DNA of 64,000 nucleotides from Octopus sinensis (GCF_006345805.1 NC_043000.1:160146001-160210000), one strand, 5' to 3'. Shown: positions 16,276 through 28,511, counted from the first letter of the stretch. The notes: generated by a model from the letters alone, not told the origin. Made by a program: numbers and translations.

Positions 16276-19207
16276 ACATCAGAGGACTGCAAACACTCAG
16301 TAACAGGACAAAGATCCCGTTCCTGAGAGACTTTGTTGCATGCAATCAAGCCTTATGCATAGCACTTACAGAAACGCACCTGAAAACCGGACATAGCAGA
16401 TGCGGAGTTACATACCACAGTATGCTGTACTACGGACCGACAGGAAAGAAAGGAGTCATGGAAGTGTTGCTATGTACATCCGTGAGGACCTCACACCCCA
16501 GATCCTCTTGTCATACTCAAACTCGGTGTGTGACACACTAATTGTACATATTAGGCAACTTGATGTAGTTGTGTGTGCTACATATCGCCCTCCAGATGCC
16601 CCAAGCCATGTGGGCAAGTTTGAAGACTGCCTTATAAAAATAGAAGAAATTCTAACCACACTAGAACAACACATAGGTGTGCTTCTTATGGGAGACTTCA
16701 ATCTGCCCAATGTCAGATGGCCCGAGGGCCTTCTCTCCCAGGAATGACAAGATGTGAACGAGGACAGGCGAGGTCCCTCCTGAACCTCATCAACACCCTG
16801 TACATGGAGCAGGTAATACTCCAACCAACAGGGCAGGTAACACACTGGATCTCTGCTTCACAAATGACATGGATCTCATCCATAATGTGAAAGTGACACC
16901 GACACTACTCTCGGATCACAACATGATAGAGCTGACCATGTACGGGCCAAAAGAGAGCACGGACATGCAGCCTACAAGAAACCCTCAAAATCTTTCCAGC
17001 TTGAACTACCATAAGGCAAACTGGAAACAAATTGAGAAAGAGATCCTCAAACAAAACTGGCCTAAATGTCTCTCCTCGCCAGACATCGACGTGAAACTTC
17101 AACAATTCATGTCTGTAATGCAAGCCATATGCTAAAATGTGTCCCAGAGAGAAAGGCCACAAGAACAAAATCCCCAGAGAGAGGAAAATTTTAATGAGAC
17201 GGCGTACGAAATTTTCAAATCGCCTAAACAAACAGATTGAAAGCAGTGAAAGTCCCGCCTAAAAATAAAACTGTTGGAAATCGAAAATGTCTGCAACTCT
17301 CCCATGAAAAAGAAAGAGCAGACAAAGAAGCCTGGGCTATAGAAAACATAAAATCTAACCCCAGAGCTTTCTACAGGTATGCCAATGAAACAGCTACAGT
17401 GCACTGTAGAATAGGGCCACTCCTCGAAAAGGATGGCACACTTACAGGAAAACCAATGAGGGTAAGTGAAATACTGAATGAGCAATTCAAGAGTGTTTTC
17501 ACTCCCCCCTTGGGCATCTCCAAATCACCAATCCAACTGACTTTTTTACCACTGCAGAGATATAATCAGAGGCGGCGACGATAGATTACATCGATATAAA
17601 GGAAGACGATGTAACCAAGGTATAGATGAAATGAAAACAGACTCAGCTACTGGCCCCGATGGATTCCCGGCAATCCTCCTAAAAGCATGTAAGAGAGTCC
17701 TAGCAAGACCACTGCAGTTCCTCTTTCAGAGCTACCTTGCAGCTGGCAAACTTCCAGGAAAACTGAAGGAAGGTAAAATATGCCCCATTCATAAGGAGGT
17801 AGCAGCGGAGCGGAAGCCAGAACTATAGACCTATCTCTCTGACCTCACACATCAGCAAGGTCATGGAACGAATAGTCAGAAGGAAGCTGATCACCTTACT
17901 TGAAGAGAATGACTTGCTGCCCGACACCCAACATGGTTTCCGACCAGGGAGAAGCTGTTTAACTCAGCTCCTACAACACTATGACTGGGTGCTGAAACGG
18001 CTGCTCACCACTCAAATGTGGAAGTGATATATCTCGACTTTGCAAAGGCCTTTGATAAAGTCGATCATGGAATGATATGTCACAAACTGCGTGATCTCAA
18101 CATAGTTGGAAAACTGGGAGAATGGCTTCATGACTTTCTGAAGGATAGAAGTCAGGTGGTAGTAGCCAATGGGGCCACCTCCATTAACACACAAATAGTG
18201 AACGGTGTTCCGCAGGGCACTGTTCTGGGACCACTACTGTTCATAATGGCCCTCTCAGACATGCCCTCAGCCACGCAGAGAGCCACGATCACAAGTTATG
18301 CAGATGATACAAAAGTTTCACAGGCAATACAGAACCCTGAGGACACTAAACACCTGCAATGTGAGCTGGACGAAATATACAAGTGGGCTGAAAAGAATAG
18401 CATGCAGTTCAATGCTGGAAAGTTTCAAGCTTTATACTTTCAGCATGCAAAACTGAATGCAATACCCAATGAATACACTGGACCCGGAGGGATTGCAATC
18501 CCAGAGGCACAATCAGTGCGTGACCTGGGTATTCACATGAGTGATGACGCAACCTTTCATGTACATGTTGCTAAACTGACAATGAAATGTAGACGGCTGG
18601 CTGGATGGATTCTTAGAACCTTTAGAACAAGAGAACAAGAAACCATGATGGTCCTCTAGAAGACACTTGTCCTAAGCCACTTTGACTATTGCTCTCAGCT
18701 ATGGTCACCATCCAGTGTCAAGTTGATCACAGAACTTGAGGCGATCCAACGAAGCTACACGAAGAAGATAGCCTCTATGCAGAATGTAAGCTACTGGGAA
18801 AGACTCAGAGATTAAAATTATATTCCCTGGAGCGTAGGCGGGAAAGATATGCCATAATATACATCTGGAAGATCCTGGAGGGAAGTGTCCTGAACTTTGG
18901 CATCGAGAGTTACGCAAATGCCAGAACTGGGCGTCACTGCGTGGTGCCTAGGACTCCAAACCTGCCATCAAGATGTAGGACAAGATTCTGTGATAGCCTG
19001 GGCTTCCGAGGCCCACAGCTCTTCAATATCCTCCCGAAGAACCTGAGAGACCTGCATGGGCTGGATACAGATGTCTTTAAAATGAAGCTGGATCTCTTCC
19101 TGTCAGGTGTCCCAGATGAACCAACTTCACGGCAGGAGGGGCAGATGAGGGCAGCTGCATCGAACTCTCTCATGCACCAAATAGCAGTTGCTAGAAAGCC
19201 CCCATGA
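16227..19207 (+). pseudogene. LINE ORF2 (APE endonuclease + reverse transcriptase), inactivated by several frameshifts and stops
   Basis: Domains are spread over ORFs 16119, 16400, 16869, 17237, 17631, 18018 and 18941. Confidence 0.93.
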
Positions 19208-19328
19208 AGTGAAACCAAGTAGCAACACCAAATGGCGGTGCCCCAGTATGGCCACAGCTCATAAGCTGAAACTAGAATCAATCAATCAATCAATCAATCA
19301 TATATATATATTATATTATATATATATG

Positions 19329-19403
<75 letters not shown>

Positions 19404-19569
19404 GTAGTATGTATGTATATATGCATGTATGTACACAGACACACACTTGCCTTAATAAAGATCTTCATTATAATTCAATTATTAATCCGAAACCATCCGA
19501 AACGGTAATTAAGCACAAATGGTAATATTGTACGGGTAAAAGTAGGTCTGGTGTAAAGGTGGGGAATAC

Positions 19570-19651
<82 letters not shown>

Positions 19652-19675
19652 GCAATCTATCTATCTATCTATCTA
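19570..19675. repeat. (CTAT)n microsatellite; similar arrays at 59185-59352 and 63537-63660
   Basis: Direct reading. Confidence 0.95.
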
Positions 19676-20540
19676 TTACAATACATACGCACATACAAAA
19701 ATATATATACAAATATACAAAGACACACACACACTCACATATCGAATATATGGAGAAGGAGATTTATATGTACGTGCCTGGCTGCATGTGTAGGTATGCA
19801 TTTGTACATTAAAGTGTTTCATTTTTCAGTTCGTCAACAAAACAAAGAATAATGAAATAAAGAGAGTAAATTATATATTGAAACTGAATCTCCATGTTTC
19901 TTTCTCTTTTTCCAGAACTAAATTTCGCAGAATTGCGACCGAACTATGATGAAGACAGAACTGAAATATAAATGCCGAAACCAGACTTGGAAAATAGTTT
20001 ACCAAAAGCGATTATGAATCAAATCTATTTTCTTTCTAAAAATTAAGAATTGAATTTTCAAATTTGCAACACTTGCACTATCATCAACAAAGCAATATAA
20101 GTTACTCTTTTACTGTTTTTCGAAACTGACATTTATATAGGTTCAGCTTCTTTCTGTATACTATTTATCGATTGAGTTGGACTGAAGTGGCTGCAATCAT
20201 CTTATAATAATTCTGTTTGTTCTTCCATTATTTGTCCCATTTTTAACGCTTCCACATGATTAGTTGAAGGGGAGGGAAGCGATAGAAATGGGAAGGGGAG
20301 GGGTAGTTGGGAAGGGAGGGAGAAGTGGTTGTGAGTGAAATGCGTAATTTATTTTTTTAAACTAAGTTATTTCCTCCGTTACTTAGCCCGTCTGTAATGC
20401 TTTCATGTGATTAGGGAAAGGTGCAGAGCGAAAGAAAAGAAAGAGAGAAAAGGAAAGTAACGCGAAGAGAGAGAGAGAAAGAGTGCTGTGTATTAAATCT
20501 ATAAGATTGTGCATAAAGTATATAAAGCGTATATATATAT

Positions 20541-20768
20541 TTCTTTATTACCCACAAGCGGCTAAACATAGAGGGGACGAACAAGGACAGACAAAGGTAT
20601 AAGTAGATTACATCGACCCTAGTGTGTAACTGGTACTTAGTTTATCGAACCCGAATGGATGAAAAGCAAAGTCGACCTCGGCGGAATTTGAACTCAGAAC
20701 GTAACGGCAGACGAAATACGGCTACGCATTTCGCCCGGCGCGCTAACGTTTCTGCCAGCTCGCCGCCT
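20541..20768 (-). mobile_element. SINE family A
   Basis: Reverse complement of the 24021-24250 copy, highly similar. Confidence 0.92.
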
Positions 20769-21290
20769 TATATAAAGCTTATATATAAAGTGCGTTATGA
20801 AGTCAATGTATTCCAATTTCCTTCGCTTTTCAATGATAAGCATAAGACAAACTATCTTTTGATAAAGACACAACACAGGCTATGCTTTCAGGTGTTTTGA
20901 ATAAATTTTCAGAAATAACCCGGAAAGTATACTATTAATTGGGTGAAAACTTCACAGGCCACGCTAGTATATCTTTAATTCTGAAATGTAACCTCATGAA
21001 ATGTGCCCAGCAGTTGTTTGAATTTCATAATATATACTCAATGCAAATGTGTTATATTGCCGCAGAATACTGCTGCGTTAAATTATTTGCTCTGAGCTTG
21101 AAGCTAGTCCATAATTTAAAACAAGAAAGGAAATTTTGCCAGTATAACATGTTTGGAATGTGAGATGATGATGAAAATAGAGAATTCATCCGTTATTTCA
21201 AGTATACTTGGTCAGTATTACGAACGTTAATATATCAACATGCACAGGCGCACAGATATCTCTATATGCATGAATACATCTATGCGTGTG

Positions 21291-21328
<38 letters not shown>

Positions 21329-21608
21329 ATATTGTTCTCCCTTGTCAGTCAATAGATAAGTGCTTTGCCGGTGGCTAGCAGTTAATTTTGACTTATTTCT
21401 AGCAATGTTGGTGCTGATTTGCACCCTTAGTCACTTTACTCTCCCTCTCACTCTCTCCCCCTCTCTCTCTCCATATATATATATATATATATGCACCCTC
21501 ATACACACACACACTCACACACCAATATATTTATATACAACTATATATATAAATATATATATATATATATACAAATATATATATATATATAGTCGCCATG
21601 ATAGATCG

Positions 21609-21670
21609 TTAGTCACTACACACATTTTTTTCTCTCCTTGTTTTTTCTGTGTCCCTTTCTGTAGAAGAGC
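21609..21670 (+). mobile_element. Truncated hammerhead-bearing short element (same family as 50264-50448), cut at the stem II 5' arm by a LINE fragment
   Basis: cactacacacattttttt...gtccctttctgtagaagagc matches 50270-50338. Confidence 0.8.
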
Positions 21671-22058
21671 TTAGATCTATTTCGACTAAAGATTGGTCCA
21701 GGCCAATAAGCACCAAGTGATAGGATTATCTAATTCCTTTTTAAGTCAAGTTTTGTAGTATCATGGTTCATTCAAGTAATGAGTTCTTGTTGAGTGAGTT
21801 GTATCCAGGTATTGTATTGGCATCCTTTCTGTCTCGGGAGACAATGGAGTTGCGCATGTTTTTTTTTCTTTTTTTTTTTTGTAGTCTAGTCCGGCTAGAC
21901 TAGGTATCCAGGTATAGGTGGCTTATCTGGTATTCCTTGAAGAAATTAGTCCAGACTACATTTAAAGGTGATGGGATCCTTTTCTTCATTGATCAGTTTA
22001 GGGACAATGTTTAACTGGGTGGGGCTTGTTGAGGAAAAGAAATTGTGTCGCAATGTAC
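21671..22058 (-). mobile_element. 3' fragment of LINE family X with a nested 91-bp insert
   Basis: Reverse complement matches about 15290-15578 (EEKDPI..FK segment and ggcctggaccaatcttt tail). Confidence 0.88.
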
Positions 22059-22059
22059 C

Positions 22060-22105
<46 letters not shown>

Positions 22106-22169
22106 TACATCTCTCTCTATATATATACACATCTATATATACAAATAAATATAGACAGATATATATATT

Positions 22170-22375
22170 GTTTTATTCTTATATTTGTTTCAGTCACCGT
22201 ATCTTTGAACCACCTTTAGTCGAACAATTCGACCCCAGGACTTATTCTTTGTAAGCCTAGTACTTATTCTATCGGTCTCATCTACCGCACCGCGCGGTTA
22301 CGGACACGTAAACACAACAGCATAGGCTGTCAAGCGATGCTTGGAAAATGACAGACACACAAACTTTACATACAT
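22170..22375 (-). mobile_element. SINE family B, tail half
   Basis: Matches about 4850-5050. Confidence 0.85.
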
Positions 22376-22731
22376 ACACTGCAAAGATCACGTCACAGGA
22401 GACTGAAGAGCTTGGTTGGGAAAAACATCTTCTTCCGTCTTATTCTCCTGACCTTACTACTTCAGACTACCATTTGTTTCGTAGTGTACAGAATCATTTG
22501 GGGGACATAACTTTCGCAAGCCAGGAGGAGGTCGAAACTAATATTTCAGAGTTCTACGCTTTGAAACCAAAATAGTTTTACATTGATGGAAATAAAAAGC
22601 TTGTAAATAGATGGAAGGAAGTCATAGATAATCAGGGAAAGTACATTGATGATTAAATTTTAATTAAATATTACATTTGATTACTTGTTTTCTCTATTCA
22701 AAATTCGGACAGAACTTATGGGATGGCCTGA
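22376..22731 (+). mobile_element. mariner transposase C-terminal fragment plus right TIR
   Basis: ELGWEKHLLPSYSPDLTTSDYHLFRSVQNHL...RWKEVIDNQGKYID resembles the mariner YSPDLAPSDYHLF motif; TIR-like aaattcggacagaacttatgggatggcctgat. Confidence 0.88.
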
Positions 22732-22781
22732 TGCTTCATATTCCGTCGCCTGATTGTATCTGTACATCTGAACCATATATG

Positions 22782-22834
<53 letters not shown>

Positions 22835-22868
22835 TATAATATATATATATATGTATGTGTGTGTGTGA

Positions 22869-22900
<32 letters not shown>

Positions 22901-23553
22901 GATTACATTTGATTTGTCTTCCTTCTATTCGAGATTATATATTTGGTTTTCGTGCTCAATGTATGCATAAATTTACTTGCAACATATTCTGCCTACAAGA
23001 CAATACTTTCTTGAGTGTATTTTACACATATGGGAGTAAATATATGAAAATAAGTGTGTGTTTATCGTATGGCAATTGACTGGATGTTAAACGTTTCCTA
23101 ACGGTGTTCTCTGTTTTCACGAATGTTATTTGGTTACATACAGGAATGCTGCCTCTTTACTTCAATCCTTTGAAATCTCGGTTACGATTAAAGAACACGC
23201 AAACACACCGACACGAAAATGTATTACATATCGTTGAGTAATGTGTATGTGTTTGCGTGCGTGATTGTGTGAGTGTGTACTTAAAATGAGCAAATATTTT
23301 GAATAACAAATGTAAATAAAATGACTCCTTCGATATGTCAATAAGTTTTTTGACCCGGTGCATTTAATTTATATAGCAATTATATACGCTATATTTATCC
23401 ATTGTATATATTAGCACTGGCGTCGTTGTGGCATACGTTCTTATCGACAGGGCTCGTTTGTTTACGCATCAGAACGTTTGTTTGTCATTTAGTTCTGTTT
23501 TTCATTTCTTTTGCTTTTCTATTCAATTTTGTCATACACACACACACACACAC

Positions 23554-23604
<51 letters not shown>

Positions 23605-23626
23605 ATATATATTATTATTATTATTA

Positions 23627-23662
<36 letters not shown>

Positions 23663-24020
23663 GTTTTATTCGAGAAAAGTAAGAGACTGCAACTGAATGT
23701 TCAGAAAATTGTTTCCATCTCCAACAATGAATTTAATGATAGGGAGACAGAAAAAAATATTTGATAAACATTAATGGAATGAAATGAGAACAACAATCAT
23801 AACAAAAGGAAGAAAAGTTCCCTCGAGTCAACGAAGAAGCTACTAGCAGAGCATGTACAGAAACCTCTACATCATTATACAATTGCTAAGATCGTTAACC
23901 ATGTCTCTCTCAAATCACACACAGTTGATACAATAACAAAGAAAAAGGAAATGTCATACAAGTGATCATCCTACCACATAAGCTCCGACGCGTAGAGAGA
24001 TGGAGACAAGGAGAGAAAGA

Positions 24021-24250
24021 GTGGCGAGCTGGCAGAAACGTTAGCACGCCGGACGAAATGTGTAGCCGTATTTCGTCTGCCGTTACGTTCTGAGTTCAAA
24101 TTCCGCCGAGGTCGACTTTGCCTTTCATCCTTTCGGGGTCGATAAATTAAGTACCAGTTACGCACTGGGGTCGATGTAATCGACTTAATCCGTCTGTCTG
24201 TCCTTGTTTGTCCCCTCTGTGTGTAGCCTCTTGTGGGCAGTAAAGAGATA
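24021..24250 (+). mobile_element. SINE family A
   Basis: ggcgagctggcagaaacgttagcac head, gagttcaaattcc B box, catcctttcggggtcgataaattaagtaccag body. Confidence 0.93.
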
Positions 24251-24289
24251 AGAAGAGAAAGAGTGAGAGAGAAAGAGATATTCCTAAAT

Positions 24290-24545
24290 ATAGGAACAGG
24301 CATATGAATGTGGTTACTGAACGTGTTTGAAACCGCATGGTATCAAGTTTAGTCCCAATATCCAGCACCTTCAGCAAGTTTCTTCTACTATAGCACTGGG
24401 CTGGCCAACGATTTGGTAGGCAGAAAATCGTAGGAAAACCAGTGTCCACTCGGTTTTGTGCGTGTGTTAGTGTGTACATACATACACACAATCATACTTA
24501 CCAACACTCATATATATACATAAATGTATGTATATATATATATAT

Positions 24546-24577
<32 letters not shown>

Positions 24578-24900
24578 CATATATATAGATATACATAAAT
24601 ATACGTATATGCGCATATATATATATATACATGTATATGCACATATATCTATATCTATATACATACACACACACACACACACATATTAATATATGCATGT
24701 ATGTAAAACTATGTGTTAGTGTGTATGTGTCAGTACTCCATTATCACTGGGCAACAGATTTTGGTTCGTTGTTGTCCCCATAAGCTAGCGTTTCAGTAAA
24801 AGAGAACGGTAGAATACACACCAGACTAAGATCCTAAGTACTCGGGTCGATATGTCCACAATGCAATAACTGGAACACGAAAAAGGTAAAGAGAATGGAT
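24290..24900 (+). mobile_element. Old SINE family B copy with expanded internal microsatellite
   Basis: accttcagcaagtttcttctactatagc core; tail-like sequence at 24720-24860. Confidence 0.6.
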
Positions 24901-24991
24901 AAAATTTGATCGGTGAGAATTAATTTAGAGTTACGGAGATGTACTTGCATAGCAAGTGACTTGATCTGGGATCGTGTGCTGAAACAAAAAC

Positions 24992-25234
24992 AATTGTAGC
25001 GCGGAAGGTATTTATAAGCCATTTAAAAACACACAAAACACCGTTAGATTCACTTCAACATTTAAAATCGTGACCTGTTCACTGACAAATCTTCGTACAA
25101 TGTTTTCTCAGTGGACAAATCGTGGTTTCAGAGCAACGCAAATATTTGACAAAAGTAAATTTAAATGAAGTGAATCTAACGTTTATTTTGTGTGTGTTTT
25201 TAAATGGCTTACAAGCACCTTCCACGCTGCAATT
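24992..25234. mobile_element. Foldback/MITE-like palindromic element
   Basis: 24992-25066 is the imperfect reverse complement of 25160-25234; partial symmetry continues into the spacer. Confidence 0.8.
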
Positions 25235-25619
25235 ATTTAATTTAGAGTTAAACAGCAATAAAGATATAAATACATAAAAAGGAAAACCTGTCAACAACTA
25301 ATTCCAGAGCTAAGTCAAATTTAATGGAACCATTTACGCAATCGTTTATCCTGTTAAAAATGCCAAAGCCAACCGTGACTGTTTTAAAAGATGTACGATA
25401 CATAGGGTATAGCACTCTTTAGATAGACACTGCCTTAAAAAAACAAAACAATAAAGGGTGTTCAATCAGGGTAGCACTGAAGGAAAACGGCAATAGCAGC
25501 TACAGTCACAGCAAAATCAACCACAACCGAATGAATATTGTTTCTAACGTTATGCTTTCGTTTAGGACACTACTGGCAAACACAGTAGCTTAAGCAGGAT
25601 AAGCAAGAACAATAGCTGC

Positions 25620-25624
25620 TGTTG

Positions 25625-25674
<50 letters not shown>

Positions 25675-25681
25675 ACTACTA

Positions 25682-25713
<32 letters not shown>

Positions 25714-25800
25714 ACTACTACTACTACTACTACTACAGGTGCTGCTGCTGTCGCCACCACTGTTTTGCTGCTGTGCTATTGTGGCTGCCGCTGCTACACA
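25620..25800. repeat. (CTA)n/(CTG)n compound microsatellite
   Basis: Direct reading. Confidence 0.95.
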
Positions 25801-26424
25801 TCCATGCAATCATAGCAACAATTACGAACACAACGATATCAGACAGAGCATCCGGTTAATGTATATCTTTTTCGACAGTTCTGCCTGATTCTTATAACAT
25901 TTGTTTTGGTTTAATGTCGCCATTAAAGCGGGGGCAGACCTGGATGTTAGGTATAGGTGCTAATGGGTAGGGGATTGATCGTACCGTCGCTGGTATTAGT
26001 AGTGCGGTTTGTTGGGCTGCTTAGTTAAGTAAGATATATCTTTGTAAATATTTTCAACTGAAGAAAATAACATCCAGCTTCCCAGCTGTCGACAAACGTT
26101 TTAATTTACCACTTGAGCTTTTAACACGAGATCTGCTAAGCTTCAAAAGGAAAATAACTCTCACTCAACACTGTCTAACGTAAAAAAGAAAAAGGCAAGT
26201 AAAAAAAAAAACTTAGGTAGCAAAGATAAGACAGTCCAGGACCCTGTAAGATATAGCGTCGCACTGAGAGTAAGAATTTCTAACATTCCCAGGTCATATA
26301 TTTTGAGGGGAAAAGTACTGTCAACTTCACCTATCGCAATACTACACTGGTAATTATTCTGTTGCGGTCAGATTGAAGAAAGGCGCAATAGATGAAACGG
26401 GATTTGAACTTACAAAATGAAATT

Positions 26425-26852
26425 AAATATTTGTTTTAAATTTTGGCATAATTCCAGTAATTTCGGGGGAGGAGTAAGTCAATTATATCCCAGTGCTCGA
26501 CTAGCATTTATATTATCCTCTTCGAAAGGACGAAAGGTAAAGTTGACTTCGGCTGAATTTGAACCCAAAGCAGACAAAATGCTGCTAAATATTTTGCCCG
26601 GCGCAGTAACGATTCTGCTAGCTTGCAGCATAGATGAAAGTAAATATTGATTTCAAATTTTTGCATAACTCCAGGAATTTCAGGGACGGGGCTAATTCGA
26701 TTAAATACTGACCCTATTGTTCAATTGGTATTTATGTTGTCGTCCATGAGAGGGTGAAAAGAAAAGTCAACCTCGGCGGAATTTGAACTCAGAACGTAAA
26801 GTTGGTTGACGAGCCGCTAAGCATTTTATCTGGCGTAGTAACGATTCGGTTC
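26425..26852 (-). mobile_element. Two adjacent old SINE family A copies
   Basis: Both contain aaagt(t/c)(g/a)ac.tcggc.gaatttgaac; the second is flanked by an 18-bp direct repeat. Confidence 0.75.
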
Positions 26853-27559
26853 ATTGTCTAGATGAAACTAAATATTTTAAGGTATGACTATGCTCTAAGA
26901 AACAAGGGAACAAAGCCGCTTGATGTGCTCGTGTGACAGGGATGCAACATGGCAACAAAACTACAATTTGGTCAGTGATGTGCCAAAATGGACACATGGT
27001 ACTCGAGCCCGAACAGATGGGTGCGACGTTTCAGCAGCATTCCGCTGAACTGTTTGGGACGAACGACAGTCCGGAACGTAGGATGGTTTTCAGCCCCTAC
27101 TCCGACGGCGCGTCACACGACTCGCAGCAATGGAGGCGCAGCGTTACGAAAGACCTATAACAGCTGCTAAAACACGGGATGCCATATTCGGCTGCCTCCT
27201 AAAAAAATTTATTGTAAGGTAGGTGAGTGCGGCAACAATGAACAGAGTAAGCGTGTCTACTCTTAACATGTGCCTGTAGATTGAAAGACGTTGTGGAGAT
27301 TGTCCTTGTCCCAGTAGTGAAAGCGACCGTGGTTTTGTGGAGTTTACACGAACAGCCCTTGGAAATCCCCCTCTTCTGGGGAATTTTTCGCATCAAAATC
27401 TATATTATCTTTCTTATTTTTGCTATTGACACGATTGAAATTATGCAATCCCACATTGTATTGTTCTTTATTGAGCCTACTGTTGTTTGTGAACCCTTCC
27501 TTGTTAATAAAGAAAACATAATTACTATTGTTGTTGTTGTTGTTGTTGTTGCTGCTGTT

Positions 27560-27775
27560 AAGTCAGCAACTATCAGAATCGTTAGCACGCCGGGCAAATT
27601 GTTTAGCAGTATTTCGTCTGCCGCTTCATTCTGAATTCAAATTCTGTCGAAGTTGACTTTGCCTTTCATCCTTTCGTGGTCGATAAATTAAGTACCAGTG
27701 AAACATTGGGGTCGATGTAATCGACTAGTCCCCTCCCCACAAATTTCAGGTTTTGTGCCTAGAGTAGAAAGGATC
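27560..27775 (+). mobile_element. SINE family A with (ATC)n/(ATT)n tail
   Basis: cagaatcgttagcacgccgggcaaa head; tail ...agagtagaaaggatcatcat. Confidence 0.9.
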
Positions 27776-27794
27776 ATCATCATCATCATCATCA

Positions 27795-27840
<46 letters not shown>

Positions 27841-28406
27841 GATTGATTGATTGAGAGAGCAGTGCATGCCATCAAAGTAACACTGGAGTAAAATATACGA
27901 AGCCCAGTATACCCATCATGACTAACCGTTAGATAAGGGTACACTAGGCACATGCATCACAACCATATGTGCGCGACATGCTGATCTCATATCAAGATAA
28001 ACAGCGCATGTCCTAGTAGGTGGGGCCCAGTTAGAATTTTCTTTTCGTTGAGTAAACCATCCCGCTCAAAAGGTCCCTGAATAAGGATTATTTAAGGATG
28101 TTGAACGAAACACCCATGTTTCCAGAGGGGAATTATTCAAACACCAAAGAATCCCTCTCGATACATGGTTATAATACTCCCTCACTACTTCTGCTCGTGA
28201 TCAGAAATGCACATATTGTCATCCACTAAGGGACATGCTCAACTGGTTAAGGTCAAACAACTGACAAGCAAATCTGTGGTATTGAGCAGAATATTTGCTG
28301 TAGCCCATCTTTTATACCAAGACAAAACAGTGTACATGATAACACTTCCAATCAGTTAAAATAAGAAGCCACGAGTGCCACTGCCTGGTACTGCATCAGG
28401 GCATTT
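27841..28406 (-). mobile_element. Unclassified non-coding insert in an (ATT)n/(ATC)n tract; possible 3' end of an R4/Dong-like retroelement
   Basis: Complex sequence bounded by (ATT)n on both sides; minus strand ends ctgctctctcaatcaatcaatc(ATA)n. Class is inferred only from the target site. Confidence 0.45.
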
Positions 28407-28448
28407 ATTATTATTATTTTTATTATTATTATTATTATTATTATCATC

Positions 28449-28492
<44 letters not shown>

Positions 28493-28511
28493 TATCCTTA
28501 GTGTTGGTGTA

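Larger units (their letters stand above)
15611..19300 (+). mobile_element. CR1-group LINE, family Y: partial ORF1, disrupted ORF2, (AATC)n tail
   Basis: APE motifs LNIRGL, IALTETHL, YRPP, GDFN, SDHN; RT motifs YRPISLTS, QHGFRPGRSC, YLDFAKAFD, GVPQGTVLGP, YADD; aatcaatc tail at 19276-19300. Confidence 0.95.

Noticed and set aside
15050-19281. Antisense ORFs over the LINEs (also 35352-38042)
   Set aside because: Shadow frames of coding sequence.
19916-19971. Possible terminal exon LNFAELRPNYDEDRTEI* after a strong acceptor
   Set aside because: No recognisable homology or partner exon; acceptor-like pyrimidine tracts are common here.
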